From Rickettsiales bacterium (GTDB taxonomy: Bacteria; Pseudomonadota; Alphaproteobacteria; Rickettsiales; SXRF01), in the NCBI GenBank assembly GCA_964231325.1, contig CAXRIF010000003.1, forward strand, positions 560,630 through 624,629: a stretch of 64,000 bases of DNA, in the 5' to 3' direction. Both the position numbers and the translations under genes were made by a program. Under the pieces are notes generated by a model that saw only the letters and a list, made by a program, of their open reading frames with translations, was not told the origin of the DNA and made no database searches. Within the stretch, counting starts at the first letter, position 1. Each line of letters opens with the position of its first letter. Shown here in pieces: positions 48,474 through 62,453 of this stretch.

Positions 48474-49046
48474 CTACAGCCTCCTTAAAAAATTGCGCAG
48501 AATGTCGTGGCCATGTTCGGATGCGATAGATTCCGGGTGGAACTGCACGCCATGTGTGTTGTGCTGTTTGTGCGATAGTCCCATGATAAGTCCGTCATCC
48601 GCCGTAACGGCCGTTACCTCAAGGCAATCCGGCAGCGTTGCTCTATCCACGATAAGCGAGTGATAGCGTGTGGCATTAAACGGAATAGGCAAATCTTTAA
48701 ACACGCCGATTCCTTCATGATAAATGCTGCTCACCTTGCCATGCATAGGTGCAGGGGCGCGCACTACGGAGCCACCAAATGCTTCACCAATAGCCTGATG
48801 ACCAAGGCACACACCGAGCAGGGGAACCACACCGCTTGCTTCTTTCACTAGGTCAAGGCAGATGCCCGATTCTTGCGGATTACCGGGGCCTGGTGAGATG
48901 ACAATGCCGTCAGGCTTTTGCGCAAGAATTTCGTCCACGGTGATTTTATCATTGCGATGGACGGACACATCTGCCTTCAACTCGCCCAGATAATGCACGA
49001 GGTTGTAGGTGAAGCTATCATAGTTATCGAGCAGCAGAATTTTCAT
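48474..49046 (-). CDS. trpG: anthranilate synthase component II (glutamine amidotransferase)
   Basis: 190 aa: [38 protein letters not shown]. Confidence 0.9.
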   Translation of the reverse strand: MKILLLDNYDSFTYNLVHYLGELKADVSVHRNDKITVDEILAQKPDGIVISPGPGNPQESGICLDLVKEASGVVPLLGVCLGHQAIGEAFGGSVVRAPAPMHGKVSSIYHEGIGVFKDLPIPFNATRYHSLIVDRATLPDCLEVTAVTADDGLIMGLSHKQHNTHGVQFHPESIASEHGHDILRNFLRRL

Positions 49047-50551
49047 GTGAATTTTATAGCCTCTTCTGCGGCGCGCATCAACGCGCGCGATTTATTGACC
49101 GCTTCCTGATATTCATCTTCGGCATTACTTTCTGCGACAATGCCGCCACCCGCCTGAATATATAGCGTGCCGTCTTTGATCAGGCCGGTGCGCAGGGCGA
49201 TAGCAGTGTCCATATTGCCGCTGGCAGAAAAATAACCAATGCAGCCTGCGTAGAAACTGCGCTTTTCGGTTTCCAGGTCATCGATGATTTCCATAGCGCG
49301 AATCTTTGGCGCGCCGCTAACAGTACCCGCAGGGAAGCCCGCAACCAATGCAGAGAGCGCGTCATATTTCGGATTAATCTCACCCACTACATTCGAGACG
49401 ATATGCATCACGTGGGAGTAGTTTTCGATATTCATTTTATGGGTGGTTTTGACCGAGCCTACTTTCGCCACGCGGCCCACATCATTACGCCCCAGATCAA
49501 GCAGCATTAAATGCTCGGAAAGCTCTTTAGGGTCAGCAAGCAGTTCCTGAGCAAGCATTTCATCTTCGCTGCGATCGCGTCCGCGTTTACGTGTGCCCGC
49601 AATCGGGCGGATGGTGACTTCACCATCACGCAAGCGCACCAGAATTTCCGGGCTGGAGCCCACCAGCGAATAGTCACAGAAATTCAGGTAAAACAAAAAT
49701 GGCGAAGGATTAAGCTGTCTGAGTGCGCGATAGAGTGAGAAGGGGGGTAGAGTAAATTTCGCGGAAAAACGCTGTGAAAGCACTACCTGAAAAATATCGC
49801 CATCGAGGATATGTTCCTTTGCTTTCGCCACCATGCTGTCGTAATTTTCGCGTGTGGTGTTGGAAGAAAAATCATCCATGGAGATGTTGTGTTGGTCTTC
49901 TGTTTTCTGTACCGGCACGGGGGCGGCTAGTTTTTCCAACACATGGTCGATGCGTTTTTTTGCTGCATCATAAGCTGCATCTGCATCACCACGCTTTGGG
50001 TCTGGCCAGATGACGGTGACAATAAACATCGTATCGCTCACATTATCAAAAATGACCATCACTTTAGGGCGAATAAAACAGCTATCAGGAATGCCAATAG
50101 AGTCCTTCTTATTGTCGGGAAGTTCCTCCATGAGGCGCACCATGTCATAGCCCATATGGCCAACCAGCCCAGCAGCCATAGGGGGGAGGCCTTCGGGCAG
50201 GTCAATTTTTGATTCCTCATATAATTCGCGCAGTGCGTCTAATGCATTTGCTTTGCAAGGTTTGAAGGCGGCTTCATCCATACGATCTGTGTGGGCGACT
50301 TCTGCTTTGTTTCCTTTTGAGCGGAAGATCAAATCTGGCATTAGGCCTATCACCGAGTAGCGTCCGCGTATCTCGCCTTTTTCAACAGACTCCAGCAAGA
50401 AGGATGGGCTGTCTTTTTCCATTAAACGCAACATGGCAGACACAGGTGTATCCAGGTCTGCCGGGCGTGTGGCCCATACGACTTGCGGCAGGCTATGGGC
50501 GAATTGCTGCGCGAAAATTTCTTGTGACGGAGAAATAGAGTGAGCCGTCAT
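49043..50551 (-). CDS. trpE: anthranilate synthase component I
   Basis: 502 aa: chorismate-binding domain ([33 protein letters not shown]). Confidence 0.95.
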   Translation of the reverse strand: MTAHSISPSQEIFAQQFAHSLPQVVWATRPADLDTPVSAMLRLMEKDSPSFLLESVEKGEIRGRYSVIGLMPDLIFRSKGNKAEVAHTDRMDEAAFKPCKANALDALRELYEESKIDLPEGLPPMAAGLVGHMGYDMVRLMEELPDNKKDSIGIPDSCFIRPKVMVIFDNVSDTMFIVTVIWPDPKRGDADAAYDAAKKRIDHVLEKLAAPVPVQKTEDQHNISMDDFSSNTTRENYDSMVAKAKEHILDGDIFQVVLSQRFSAKFTLPPFSLYRALRQLNPSPFLFYLNFCDYSLVGSSPEILVRLRDGEVTIRPIAGTRKRGRDRSEDEMLAQELLADPKELSEHLMLLDLGRNDVGRVAKVGSVKTTHKMNIENYSHVMHIVSNVVGEINPKYDALSALVAGFPAGTVSGAPKIRAMEIIDDLETEKRSFYAGCIGYFSASGNMDTAIALRTGLIKDGTLYIQAGGGIVAESNAEDEYQEAVNKSRALMRAAEEAIKFT

Positions 50552-52434
50552 TGCACCGTCATGGCCTGCAAGGCTGATTGATTAATGGTTACCGGGTAGC
50601 GCTTTTTCAAGTGCGTTAGATATTGTTCTACCAATTCACTGCTCAACGTATTGGTAAGGTTTTTAGCAAGATTGTCTTTCAGTGTTGCAGAGGGTTTTGC
50701 TTTAGACGGAATAATTTTTTTCAACACGGCAATGGTGTGGTCTCCATTCTGTGCGAGATAGATGCCTGTGCTTTCTCCTGGTTTCTTTTCAAACAACTCG
50801 GCGATCAGTGGTGCCGGTACGCTGTGTTCATCGCTACGTTTAGTCGCTGCCAATGTGCTTACTTTTAGATTATGTTTTTTAATTAGTTCTGCTCGTTTGG
50901 CTTCGTCCGTAAATTGCTGACCGATTTCCAGAGCGAGTGTCGCTGCCAAAACTCTACGGTTAGCTTCTTTTACGGCTTTCGCCACTTGTGATTTTACTTT
51001 TTCCAGTGGGATTTCCCTCACCGGAGTAATGGCATTTACGCGCACAATATAATAGGTACCATCTTTGGTAATGCTGATAGTAGATTCGCTTTTTTCATCG
51101 GTGTTATAGGCAATTTCCAGAAATTTAGGGAAATGCGGTAACGCTTTTGCTGTGTTGCCATCCGGCGTTTTGCCTTGTGCATCAACGCTGCCCACGTCGG
51201 TGAGGGTGAGGTTTTGTTCTTTAGCTACTTCTTTAAGCGTTGCTCCCGCAGCAAGAGAGTCTTCTATCTGTATAGAGAGTTTATTGATCACGTATTCCGT
51301 TTCACGCGCGCGTGCTTCGTTTTCCAATGGACCACGCACTTCCTCAAAGGGAAGGGTGGTTGGCTGCGTAATAGATTTTACGAAAAATACATGCCAGCCA
51401 AAGGCACTCTGATAGGGGCCGGTGGCGCCATTCTCGTTAAGCGCAAATACATCCTCTGCTGCGGCTTCCATGATGGTGTCTTTAGTGGTGTTGCCCAGCT
51501 CGATTGGTTTTTTGCCTTGTGCAGAAGTTTCGCTCGCTACCTTCTTCGGTGCTTCTCCTGCCTTCAGCATTTCCAGTGCTGATGCGGCCGCTTCCTTATC
51601 ATCATAATTCAGTTGCAGCACTTCGCGACGCTCAGGACGTTTGAATTCTTCTACACGCTCGTCATATATTGCACGCACTTCCTCCTCGTCGATTTCTACA
51701 CGTTTTTGAATATCTGCCGCTGTAAAAGAAAGGTATGACACGTCGCGATATTCTGGCGTGCTATATTGTGTGGTAACGTTCTTATTGTAATACGCTTCAA
51801 TGTCCTCAGCGCTTGGCTCTGGCACAGAAATGTTTGAAGCCTGAAATGTGTAAAGGGTAGCAGTACGTGCTTCTTCTAATGCCTGATATATGGTGGTGAT
51901 GGCAATATCCGGCACTGGCGCAGAAAAATGTACTACGCCCATCAGCAGGTCAACACCCATTATACGTTGCAGCTGCTCTACATAGCCTTTTTCCGTAAGT
52001 CCATTACGGCGCAGGATGGAGATAAACTTTTCTTTATCGAATTTACCGTTGCTGTCCTGAAAGTTGGGGTTATTACGAATTTCCTGAATTACATCAGCAT
52101 CACTGGCCACAAACCCCAGCCGCGCGCTTTCTTGCTCCACTAGCGTTCGGTTAATCAGGTTTCTTAGCACTTGTTCCGGCAGGTGCATGTTCTTGACTAG
52201 TTCAGGGGAGAAGTTATCACCCAATGAGCGTCGCAGCCTGTCGGTTTCACGGCGAATTTGCCCGTCCAATGTGCTGGCGCTGATTTCAACGCTGCCTACG
52301 GTGGCCACTGTGGCTTTGCCTCCACCTCCGGTAATCATATCGCCCACGCCCCACACGGCGAAACTGGCAATCAGTAATACGAGGAGGATTTTTACGGCGA
52401 TACTGCCCACACTGGAGCGCATTTGGTTAAGCAT
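50548..52434 (-). CDS. ppiD: periplasmic chaperone / peptidyl-prolyl isomerase PpiD-like
   Basis: 628 aa with an N-terminal TM anchor, a SurA-N-like domain and a parvulin-like region (SAFGWHVFFV). Stop overlaps the trpE start. Confidence 0.75.
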   Translation of the reverse strand: MLNQMRSSVGSIAVKILLVLLIASFAVWGVGDMITGGGGKATVATVGSVEISASTLDGQIRRETDRLRRSLGDNFSPELVKNMHLPEQVLRNLINRTLVEQESARLGFVASDADVIQEIRNNPNFQDSNGKFDKEKFISILRRNGLTEKGYVEQLQRIMGVDLLMGVVHFSAPVPDIAITTIYQALEEARTATLYTFQASNISVPEPSAEDIEAYYNKNVTTQYSTPEYRDVSYLSFTAADIQKRVEIDEEEVRAIYDERVEEFKRPERREVLQLNYDDKEAAASALEMLKAGEAPKKVASETSAQGKKPIELGNTTKDTIMEAAAEDVFALNENGATGPYQSAFGWHVFFVKSITQPTTLPFEEVRGPLENEARARETEYVINKLSIQIEDSLAAGATLKEVAKEQNLTLTDVGSVDAQGKTPDGNTAKALPHFPKFLEIAYNTDEKSESTISITKDGTYYIVRVNAITPVREIPLEKVKSQVAKAVKEANRRVLAATLALEIGQQFTDEAKRAELIKKHNLKVSTLAATKRSDEHSVPAPLIAELFEKKPGESTGIYLAQNGDHTIAVLKKIIPSKAKPSATLKDNLAKNLTNTLSSELVEQYLTHLKKRYPVTINQSALQAMTVQ

Positions 52435-52565
52435 AGTGGTAAGCTCTTAATTGGTTGATTTTTATAGCTGAGGGGTAGCATTACCACAGGTGATTGTAAA
52501 AACATTTTTCACCTGCGAAGCAGGCTTGCTTTGTGGCGTAAGCTTCGCTATTTTCGCGGCTGCTT

Positions 52566-53318
52566 ATGGAAAACCGTACTTACATTGTGGCGAACTGGAA
52601 AATGCATGGCAATAGCGCCATGGCGGATGATCTGGTGGAGGCCGTGAATAAACAGGCGACCGAGTTGCCGGCTAATGCTGAGGTGGTGCTGTGCCCACCG
52701 GCAACGCTGCTGGGTGAAGTCAGCAAGATTATCACCGGTTTTAATGTGCGCACCGGCGGGCAGGATTGCCATGAGCAACCGGATGGAGCGTTTACGGGTG
52801 ATATTAGCGCTTCCATGTTGCGAGATGCTGGCTGTGCCTATGTAATTGTGGGGCATTCTGAGCGCCGCCACCGCCATAATGAAACGAACGACATGGTGCG
52901 TAGGAAGGCGTTGAGGGCAATTTCTTCTAACCTTACGCCGATTATCTGTGTTGGTGAGACGGAGTCTGAGCGTTCTTCAGGGCAGGCTGAGGCCGTCGTA
53001 GAGCGTCAAATATGGGAATCTATCCCCGAAGAGGCCAAAGAAGGTGAATTTCTCCTTGCATATGAGCCGGTTTGGGCTATTGGTTCTGGCCAGAGTGCGA
53101 CTGTTGCTGACATCCGCAGTATGCATCACTATATAACCAATGTGGTGAGCAAAAAGCTTGGCAGCGATCAGGCGAAGGTTCCGGTGTTGTATGGCGGGTC
53201 AGTTAAAGGGGCTAATGCCATGGAGATTATGTCGCTTGATGATGTTTCGGGTGTGTTGGTTGGTGGTGCCAGCTTAAAGGCAGAAGAATTTTGTAAGATC
53301 ATGGCGGTAGCCAAGTAA
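52566..53318 (+). CDS. tpiA: triose-phosphate isomerase
   Basis: 250 aa: VANWKMHG, VIVGHSERR, AYEPVWAIGSG, YGGSV. Confidence 0.95.
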   Translation: MENRTYIVANWKMHGNSAMADDLVEAVNKQATELPANAEVVLCPPATLLGEVSKIITGFNVRTGGQDCHEQPDGAFTGDISASMLRDAGCAYVIVGHSERRHRHNETNDMVRRKALRAISSNLTPIICVGETESERSSGQAEAVVERQIWESIPEEAKEGEFLLAYEPVWAIGSGQSATVADIRSMHHYITNVVSKKLGSDQAKVPVLYGGSVKGANAMEIMSLDDVSGVLVGGASLKAEEFCKIMAVAK

Positions 53319-53331
53319 AAGGAAAAAAAGA

Positions 53332-56182
<2,851 letters not shown>

Positions 56183-56551
56183 TTACCCGAGCGGGCGGTC
56201 GATTACGTGCTCGTTTTTGTAAGCTTCCCAGCCATCAAACCGCACGCCGAACTGCACGAGCATTTCCAGTGTTTCCCGTCCTTCAAAACGAATATACGGC
56301 GTATTATCACGATATACTACCTCTGTTTTTCCACCCGGAAAAGCAGCTCTTTCTAGTGCTGTCTTTGCTCCCATCACTGCATCGTGCAGCCCTGCTTCTG
56401 ACATGGCGTTGTTGAAGTAGTCTACTAAAATTGCGTCATTGCCGGGTTCTTTGTGTATATGCCGAGGCGTTAGTTGATTGGCGATATACTTGGCAATCAT
56501 TTCTCTGGTGATTACTGCCAGGTGTTCTGGTGCTCTATTTGGATCTGCCAT
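56183..56551 (-). CDS. hypothetical protein
   Basis: 122-aa ORF. Its TAA directly abuts the kdsA TAG. 6-nt gap from the upstream ORF. Confidence 0.55.
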   Translation of the reverse strand: MADPNRAPEHLAVITREMIAKYIANQLTPRHIHKEPGNDAILVDYFNNAMSEAGLHDAVMGAKTALERAAFPGGKTEVVYRDNTPYIRFEGRETLEMLVQFGVRFDGWEAYKNEHVIDRPLG

Positions 56552-56557
56552 TCGTTA

Positions 56558-57025
56558 TTAGTTACTTCTATACTCTTTATAGCGGGTGAGAAACTTGCGC
56601 AGCCCTTGCTCAAGCATATCGCGGTTGGTAGCAATTTCAGGGTCGCCAATGCCTACCAACGTGCTGGTACATTCGGCGAGTGCGGATTGGCATACCTGTG
56701 CCAGTGTATCAAGCGGATCTTCCATCACGGGTTCCAACACTGCGTCATCTTTTTCGCTATGTTTGTAATGATAATGAAAACGGCGTGGACCTTTATACTC
56801 TCTGAGTGAGAGCGAAATTGGTGTGACGATATTTTTAAAGCGGCGTTGCCACATAATTCCATCTTCATCTTCGCGGCCATGCGTAAAATGACTATCCAGA
56901 ATATGCATGCATGCGGACTCCAGTGCGAGCATCGCCTGCTCAACATCATGTATGCGTCCGCGTTGTGTGGATGACGAAGGGGAAGTGTATTTTTTCTGCG
57001 CTTTTTTCTGTGCTACTGTGGCCAT
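56558..57025 (-). CDS. hypothetical protein (His-rich patch RRFHYHYKH)
   Basis: 155 aa with a strong RBS (CAGGAGGTCACCATG). Confidence 0.6.
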   Translation of the reverse strand: MATVAQKKAQKKYTSPSSSTQRGRIHDVEQAMLALESACMHILDSHFTHGREDEDGIMWQRRFKNIVTPISLSLREYKGPRRFHYHYKHSEKDDAVLEPVMEDPLDTLAQVCQSALAECTSTLVGIGDPEIATNRDMLEQGLRKFLTRYKEYRSN

Positions 57026-57115
57026 GGTGACCTCCTGTGTTTATTGCACTCGCTCATTTAAGAGCTTCACGACATTAAACGCAGTATACTCCCATTTTCT
57101 CGGGGTGGCCAGTGT

Positions 57116-59092
57116 TTATGCGGTTTGTTTGCTAATGGCTTGCGCGCCCTGCATTTTTTTATTTTGTTTGATGCAATAAAGCGTGTCTTGCAGGAGCAAA
57201 TAATCAAAACCCAGCTTATGAAAACTATTCATCGCATGTTCGGGAGTTTCTACAATTGGTTCGCCTGCCACGTTAAAAGAGGTGTTGATAATTACCGGTG
57301 GTTCATTACGGGACGCTAGCGTTTCCATGATGCCACTTAGTAGCGTGTCGCTTTCATCAATCACTTGCACACGTGCAGTGCCGTCTACGTGGGTGACAGC
57401 CGGGATGCGGTCATTAGTCACGGGGTAAGTAAACAGCATGAAGCGACCACTTTCTGCGTTGCCGGAGAAGAATGTAGAGAAGTCTTGCTCACGACAGATA
57501 GGAGCCAGTGGCCGCCAATTTTCACGGCCTTTTTTCTGATTTATTTTATCACGTATTGCTGCGTCGGATGCTTTGGCAAGAATAGAGCGATGCCCCAATG
57601 CGCGTGGGCCAATTTCAGAACGATCTCGCAATACGCAAATGATTTTGCCGTCTGCTAAGGCGTTGCCTAAAAACTCTGGCAGCGACCCTTCTGGTGTGAT
57701 GGCTTCAAAGCGATCATCGTCAATATCTTTTATGTTGTAGTTATATAGCGTGCTGCATGGGAAGGCGACGCGGTTACCGCTGCGATTGATGTCGCGCTGA
57801 TATGGTATATCGAGCAAACTGTGAATGGCTACGGCAGCGCCAATGGAAATCCCGGTGTCAATCGCGCCGGGTAGTGGGTTGAAGTAAGTGCTGCCTAGCA
57901 GAGATTGCATGCGTGTGTTGGCCGGGCAGTTGAGCGTAAAGCCACCAACATTGCTGACTGATTGCATCTGCGGAAGCATATCCAGCATTTTGTTCAGGTA
58001 AGGAGACAATGCCACTGAAAACGCTTCTTCCACCAGCTTCTGTGCATTGGCCGCGATGGCAATGGATAGTGGTGTGTTCTTAAAGGCGAAGTCGAACGGT
58101 TTGATCGCTTCGTGGCGTGTGTTGAGATCATTTTGTGCAATGAAAATCACCTTTTTGATAATCTCGTCAATCGCATTCCGGTTGAAGGATGCTTGCGGCG
58201 AGCAAATATTCATTAGCTCCACCACCAGATTATGAATGGCAGGGGAAGGGAAGCCATAAGGCGCCAGCCCCATTAATTTGCCTGCACCATCACCTTCAGA
58301 AAAACCGGCCGTCATAGAAAGCTGGTCGTAGATATAGCCTAGTGGTAGGCGGTGGCTCAGGAGTGGCAGCACGCGCTGGCCGAATCCGGCATATACACCC
58401 CCGGAGTTAAAAGGAAAAGCGGGCAGCCCGCCATCGTGCGAGATGATAAGTGAATCATCTGAGGCGGCGTAGAAATGGCCATAGGCAGCATGCGCATAAT
58501 GATGGCTTACATGGAAGGCGGGAATATTGCGCCCTTTGAAATTCAGCGTGCAGGGGGTGAGGTAGTTATCGATAATATGTCGATATTTTTCGTGGTTGTT
58601 GCCGGCATCTTCCAGCAGGTTGACGTGTTGGTTGCACGTTGCATCAAGCAGTTGCGGCGGGTAAGGGAACCCTTGTGAAAGCTGGTAATGGAACTCAGTG
58701 CGCTCCATAGCTTTGCTGGAGGTAGTGATGTCTCTGACATCGAGATGTTTGCCATATTGCCCTTTCTGTTCAGTAAGGCAGGGGCTGAGGCCTTTTTGCC
58801 AGATAGGGTTATCGCTCACATGGTGTTTATGCGCATCCGTATAGCCGAATGTTACAGAAATATCGGGGGTGTGATAAAAGCCCCAGAGTTGGGTGGAGGA
58901 AATGGCGGCGATATCTATATCATCAAGGGAAGCATTGCAGGTGTTTAGAAATGCTTCGATTTCCTGCGAGGTGATGCCCAACGTGTGCTTAATACGTGTC
59001 AGGCGTTCAAGCTCTAAAAACCCTTTAAGTTCACCACTTTGAAAGAGCGCGAGTGAAGCGTCGTGACCAAAATTAACCGATAGAATATTCAT
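57116..59092 (-). CDS. NodU/CmcH-family carbamoyltransferase
   Basis: 658 aa. N-terminus MNILSVNFGHDASLAL (Kae1-like HD motif). C-terminal domain INTSFNVAGEPIVETPEHAMNSF. Confidence 0.75.
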   Translation of the reverse strand: MNILSVNFGHDASLALFQSGELKGFLELERLTRIKHTLGITSQEIEAFLNTCNASLDDIDIAAISSTQLWGFYHTPDISVTFGYTDAHKHHVSDNPIWQKGLSPCLTEQKGQYGKHLDVRDITTSSKAMERTEFHYQLSQGFPYPPQLLDATCNQHVNLLEDAGNNHEKYRHIIDNYLTPCTLNFKGRNIPAFHVSHHYAHAAYGHFYAASDDSLIISHDGGLPAFPFNSGGVYAGFGQRVLPLLSHRLPLGYIYDQLSMTAGFSEGDGAGKLMGLAPYGFPSPAIHNLVVELMNICSPQASFNRNAIDEIIKKVIFIAQNDLNTRHEAIKPFDFAFKNTPLSIAIAANAQKLVEEAFSVALSPYLNKMLDMLPQMQSVSNVGGFTLNCPANTRMQSLLGSTYFNPLPGAIDTGISIGAAVAIHSLLDIPYQRDINRSGNRVAFPCSTLYNYNIKDIDDDRFEAITPEGSLPEFLGNALADGKIICVLRDRSEIGPRALGHRSILAKASDAAIRDKINQKKGRENWRPLAPICREQDFSTFFSGNAESGRFMLFTYPVTNDRIPAVTHVDGTARVQVIDESDTLLSGIMETLASRNEPPVIINTSFNVAGEPIVETPEHAMNSFHKLGFDYLLLQDTLYCIKQNKKMQGAQAISKQTA

Positions 59093-59095
59093 AAA

Positions 59096-60431
<1,336 letters not shown>

Positions 60432-60493
60432 TCATAAAGTAAATCCTTTTTTGCTTTTCAAAACCTATTGAATTTGCTACATTCCGAGGTTAT

Positions 60494-60823
60494 ATGAGCA
60501 GATCTGCCAACCGTTATGTTGACCCAAAATGGAGCGCGTTAAAACGTGCTGCCGCGCCGTTATTGTGCGTGCTTACCTTGTTTTATCTTGGTTTTCATGC
60601 TGTCTCGGGCGAGCGCGGTGTATTCGCGCTTTATAAGGAAACAAGGCAATTAGAGACATTGAAAGCTGATTTGGCGGCGGCCACCGCCAAGCGCGAAGCG
60701 CTGGAAAAGAAAGTGCGTTTGCTCTCTAACCACTCGCTAGACCTTGATTTGCTTGATGAGCAGGCGCGATTGGTGCTCGGTATGGCCGGCAAAGATGAAG
60801 TCGTTATCTTCCTGAATGATTAG
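60494..60823 (+). CDS. ftsB: cell division protein FtsB (septum formation initiator)
   Basis: 109 aa with a TM plus coiled coil (LETLKADLAAATAKREALEKKVRLL) and DLDLLDEQAR. Sits between eno and pdhA. Confidence 0.8.
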   Translation: MSRSANRYVDPKWSALKRAAAPLLCVLTLFYLGFHAVSGERGVFALYKETRQLETLKADLAAATAKREALEKKVRLLSNHSLDLDLLDEQARLVLGMAGKDEVVIFLND

Positions 60824-60938
60824 GCGAAATCCTCGGTAAATCACTGTTTTGTAATAATTACGTCACAGAAGATTCATCGAGTTGTCATAAAAAAAAACCT
60901 TGAAAATGGTATGATATATCATTGAAGCAGGGGGCAAT

Positions 60939-62381
60939 ATGACATTGGAAGATCTCACAGCACAAAAAGCTGCGGCAGAAGAAGCCAGCCAGAATATTAC
61001 ACGTGCCATGGAGCGTAACGGCTGGGAAGATGTAATTAAAGAATTCAAACTTGAATCACGTATCTTAAGTATCAAAGCACAGGCAGAAGAGATTGCTGCT
61101 GAAATTGATCCGGACAAAGAACAAGCAGCTGATCGCAGGAAGGTGATCGTATTTCACGATGCCGTGCGTGACTTGGAATATCATGTTGATGACATCAAGG
61201 AGGGGCGTGCCAATCGTTCGCAGGTGCCGGGTCGTCGGCGCGAAGAGGAAGAGCTTTCCAGAACGCAAATATCACAACTTACCAGCCTTGTAAGGCATAT
61301 TAAAGGGGAAGCCGTTGATATGCATCGCGTAGGGTTGACCGATCCACTTACTAATCAGAATGGATACCCCCAAACAGCTGTTGAGGCAGAAGAATATGCG
61401 GTGACTGCGTTGCGCGATGTTAATAAAAGAGCATCACGTAATGGTCTGGATATTAGTGTGGCTATGACAGCCGCAACGCAAATTGCAGATAAAAAAGGTG
61501 AGTTAAGCCGCAAGGGAGTGGATGCATTTCGCAAAGCAATGGAAGATACGGTTGATGAAGCGCAAAAAACACGGCGTGAATTGAACCAACAGATTCGTGA
61601 ACTAAGAGACCGTCTGCCTAAAGACAAGGAACGTCAGCCATTCGGAATCGAGCGCTTGGAGAAAAATATCGAAAAAATGGAAGAGCGCATGCAGGCGATG
61701 GGTTCATTGAGTGGCGAGCTGCGCAAAGTTGATCAAAAGATATTTAGTGCAACACGGCCAGATAAAGAGCCGGCACGTGAAGCACAGCCGGCCGAACAAG
61801 ATCAGGAACAAGGAGCAGAAGCGCTGGTGTTTAATAGCCGTAAAGAAGCCGTTCACCACTTGTTTGCTATGAGCAGTTTGCGTTTGCCTGCTGATATTAG
61901 TGATAAAACTAATGCGGATGTTATTTACGCGTTAGGAAGGGAGCAAATTGATGGTAGTGTTTCAGGTGGGGTGATCGAGAACGGAAAACTGAAAGATGAC
62001 TTGATCGCGGCGACAAAGAAAATCCATGGTGAGTCGATAGGGTTGATTCTTGGTGATGATCCCGAGAAGATGAAAACGATCCGGGAGAATCTGGATGCGA
62101 TGCGTATTCGTCTGGAGGCGGTAAACTCCGCAGAAGAGGGTGGTGTCTATTCGGATAGAGACAAGGAAGGTGCAAACAAGCTACTTAAACATGTGGATTC
62201 TATGGAAGCCGTGTTTAGCGACCTCGAAGCAAAGAAATATGGTTTGCTGCCCAAAGGTCATGAGTTTGATGGGTTGCTTCCGGGTGAATTGATGACGGGG
62301 CAGCGTTTCGCGGTGGCGGATGGTAGTGATATGCAAGTACCAGCAACGATATCGACGGGTAAGCCGCGAACTCTAGCCTAA
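60939..62381 (+). CDS. hypothetical coiled-coil-rich protein
   Basis: 480 aa, RBS AGGGGG, charged helical N-half. No recognisable catalytic motif. Confidence 0.65.
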   Translation: MTLEDLTAQKAAAEEASQNITRAMERNGWEDVIKEFKLESRILSIKAQAEEIAAEIDPDKEQAADRRKVIVFHDAVRDLEYHVDDIKEGRANRSQVPGRRREEEELSRTQISQLTSLVRHIKGEAVDMHRVGLTDPLTNQNGYPQTAVEAEEYAVTALRDVNKRASRNGLDISVAMTAATQIADKKGELSRKGVDAFRKAMEDTVDEAQKTRRELNQQIRELRDRLPKDKERQPFGIERLEKNIEKMEERMQAMGSLSGELRKVDQKIFSATRPDKEPAREAQPAEQDQEQGAEALVFNSRKEAVHHLFAMSSLRLPADISDKTNADVIYALGREQIDGSVSGGVIENGKLKDDLIAATKKIHGESIGLILGDDPEKMKTIRENLDAMRIRLEAVNSAEEGGVYSDRDKEGANKLLKHVDSMEAVFSDLEAKKYGLLPKGHEFDGLLPGELMTGQRFAVADGSDMQVPATISTGKPRTLA

Positions 62382-62453
62382 TCGCTGCGTTGCAGCATAA
62401 CTGTTCCATATAAGTACTTGCGCCTGCGTTATCCATTTTGTATAAAATTGGGC

